Positions 63,719 to 64,000 of a stretch of 64,000 bases of DNA are shown piece after piece. The DNA comes from Octopus sinensis (lineage: Eukaryota). Position 1 is the stretch's first letter. Each line of letters opens with the position of its first letter. Location of the stretch: assembly GCF_006345805.1 (NCBI RefSeq), contig NC_042997.1, forward strand, positions 202,306,001-202,370,000. The letters are read 5' to 3'. The position numbers and the translations under genes were made by a program. A model generated the notes under the pieces. That model searched no databases. It saw nothing but the letters and a program-made list of their open reading frames with translations, and was not told where the DNA came from.

Positions 63719-64000
63719 TTGTTTGTTCCTTCTCAAGCCACACCTGGCTCATAGGGCCGGTTTCCTGGTTTCCTTGGTGAATAGGTTCCCCAACTGGACG
63801 GGACGCCAATCCATTGCAGGTGAGCTGCAAGATGCAGGAGGAAAGTGTGAGAGAAAGTTGTGGCGAAAGAGTCAGCAGAAGTTCGCCATTACCTTCTGCC
63901 GGAGCCATGCGGAGCTTAGGTGTTTCGCTCATAAACACACACATTGCCTGGTTTGAGATTCAAACCCATGAGTCCGCTGCTCTAACCACTAAGCCATGTG
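63719..64000 (-). mobile_element. tRNA-derived SINE family D1
   Basis: Reverse complement of 34073-34368; runs off the window end. Confidence 0.85.

Overview
AT-rich, repeat-dense eukaryotic DNA. The SINE families, microsatellite load and very long introns suggest a coleoid cephalopod, probably Octopus (inference). Almost all ORFs in the supplied track are spurious (microsatellite or SINE translations). The one host gene I can support is a + strand cadherin-family gene with three coding exons (22142-22839, 27859-27957, 51662-51842). These splice in frame at GT-AG sites into: signal-peptide tail, Ser/Thr-rich pro-region, RVKK site, EC1 and half of EC2. EC1 has a PCDH15/Cad99C-like cysteine pair, and the EC1-EC2 linker lacks the DxNDN calcium motif. 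The rest is intronic or upstream sequence filled with four SINE families, RTE and CR1/L2-type LINE fragments, piggyBac, hAT, mariner and Helitron remnants, and a probable solo LTR. The most unusual signals are four different minimal type I hammerhead-ribozyme motifs of the Penelope-like-element kind (14156-14201, 21778-21904, 52616-52660, 54557-54592), one on the sense strand about 240 nt upstream of the first visible coding exon and one with a U3-A8 core covariation. Also notable are a nested palindrome (53377-53721) buried in a 1.7 kb (TA)n tract and a mariner-derived fold-back hairpin (59141-59475). Repeat boundaries were read by eye and are approximate.
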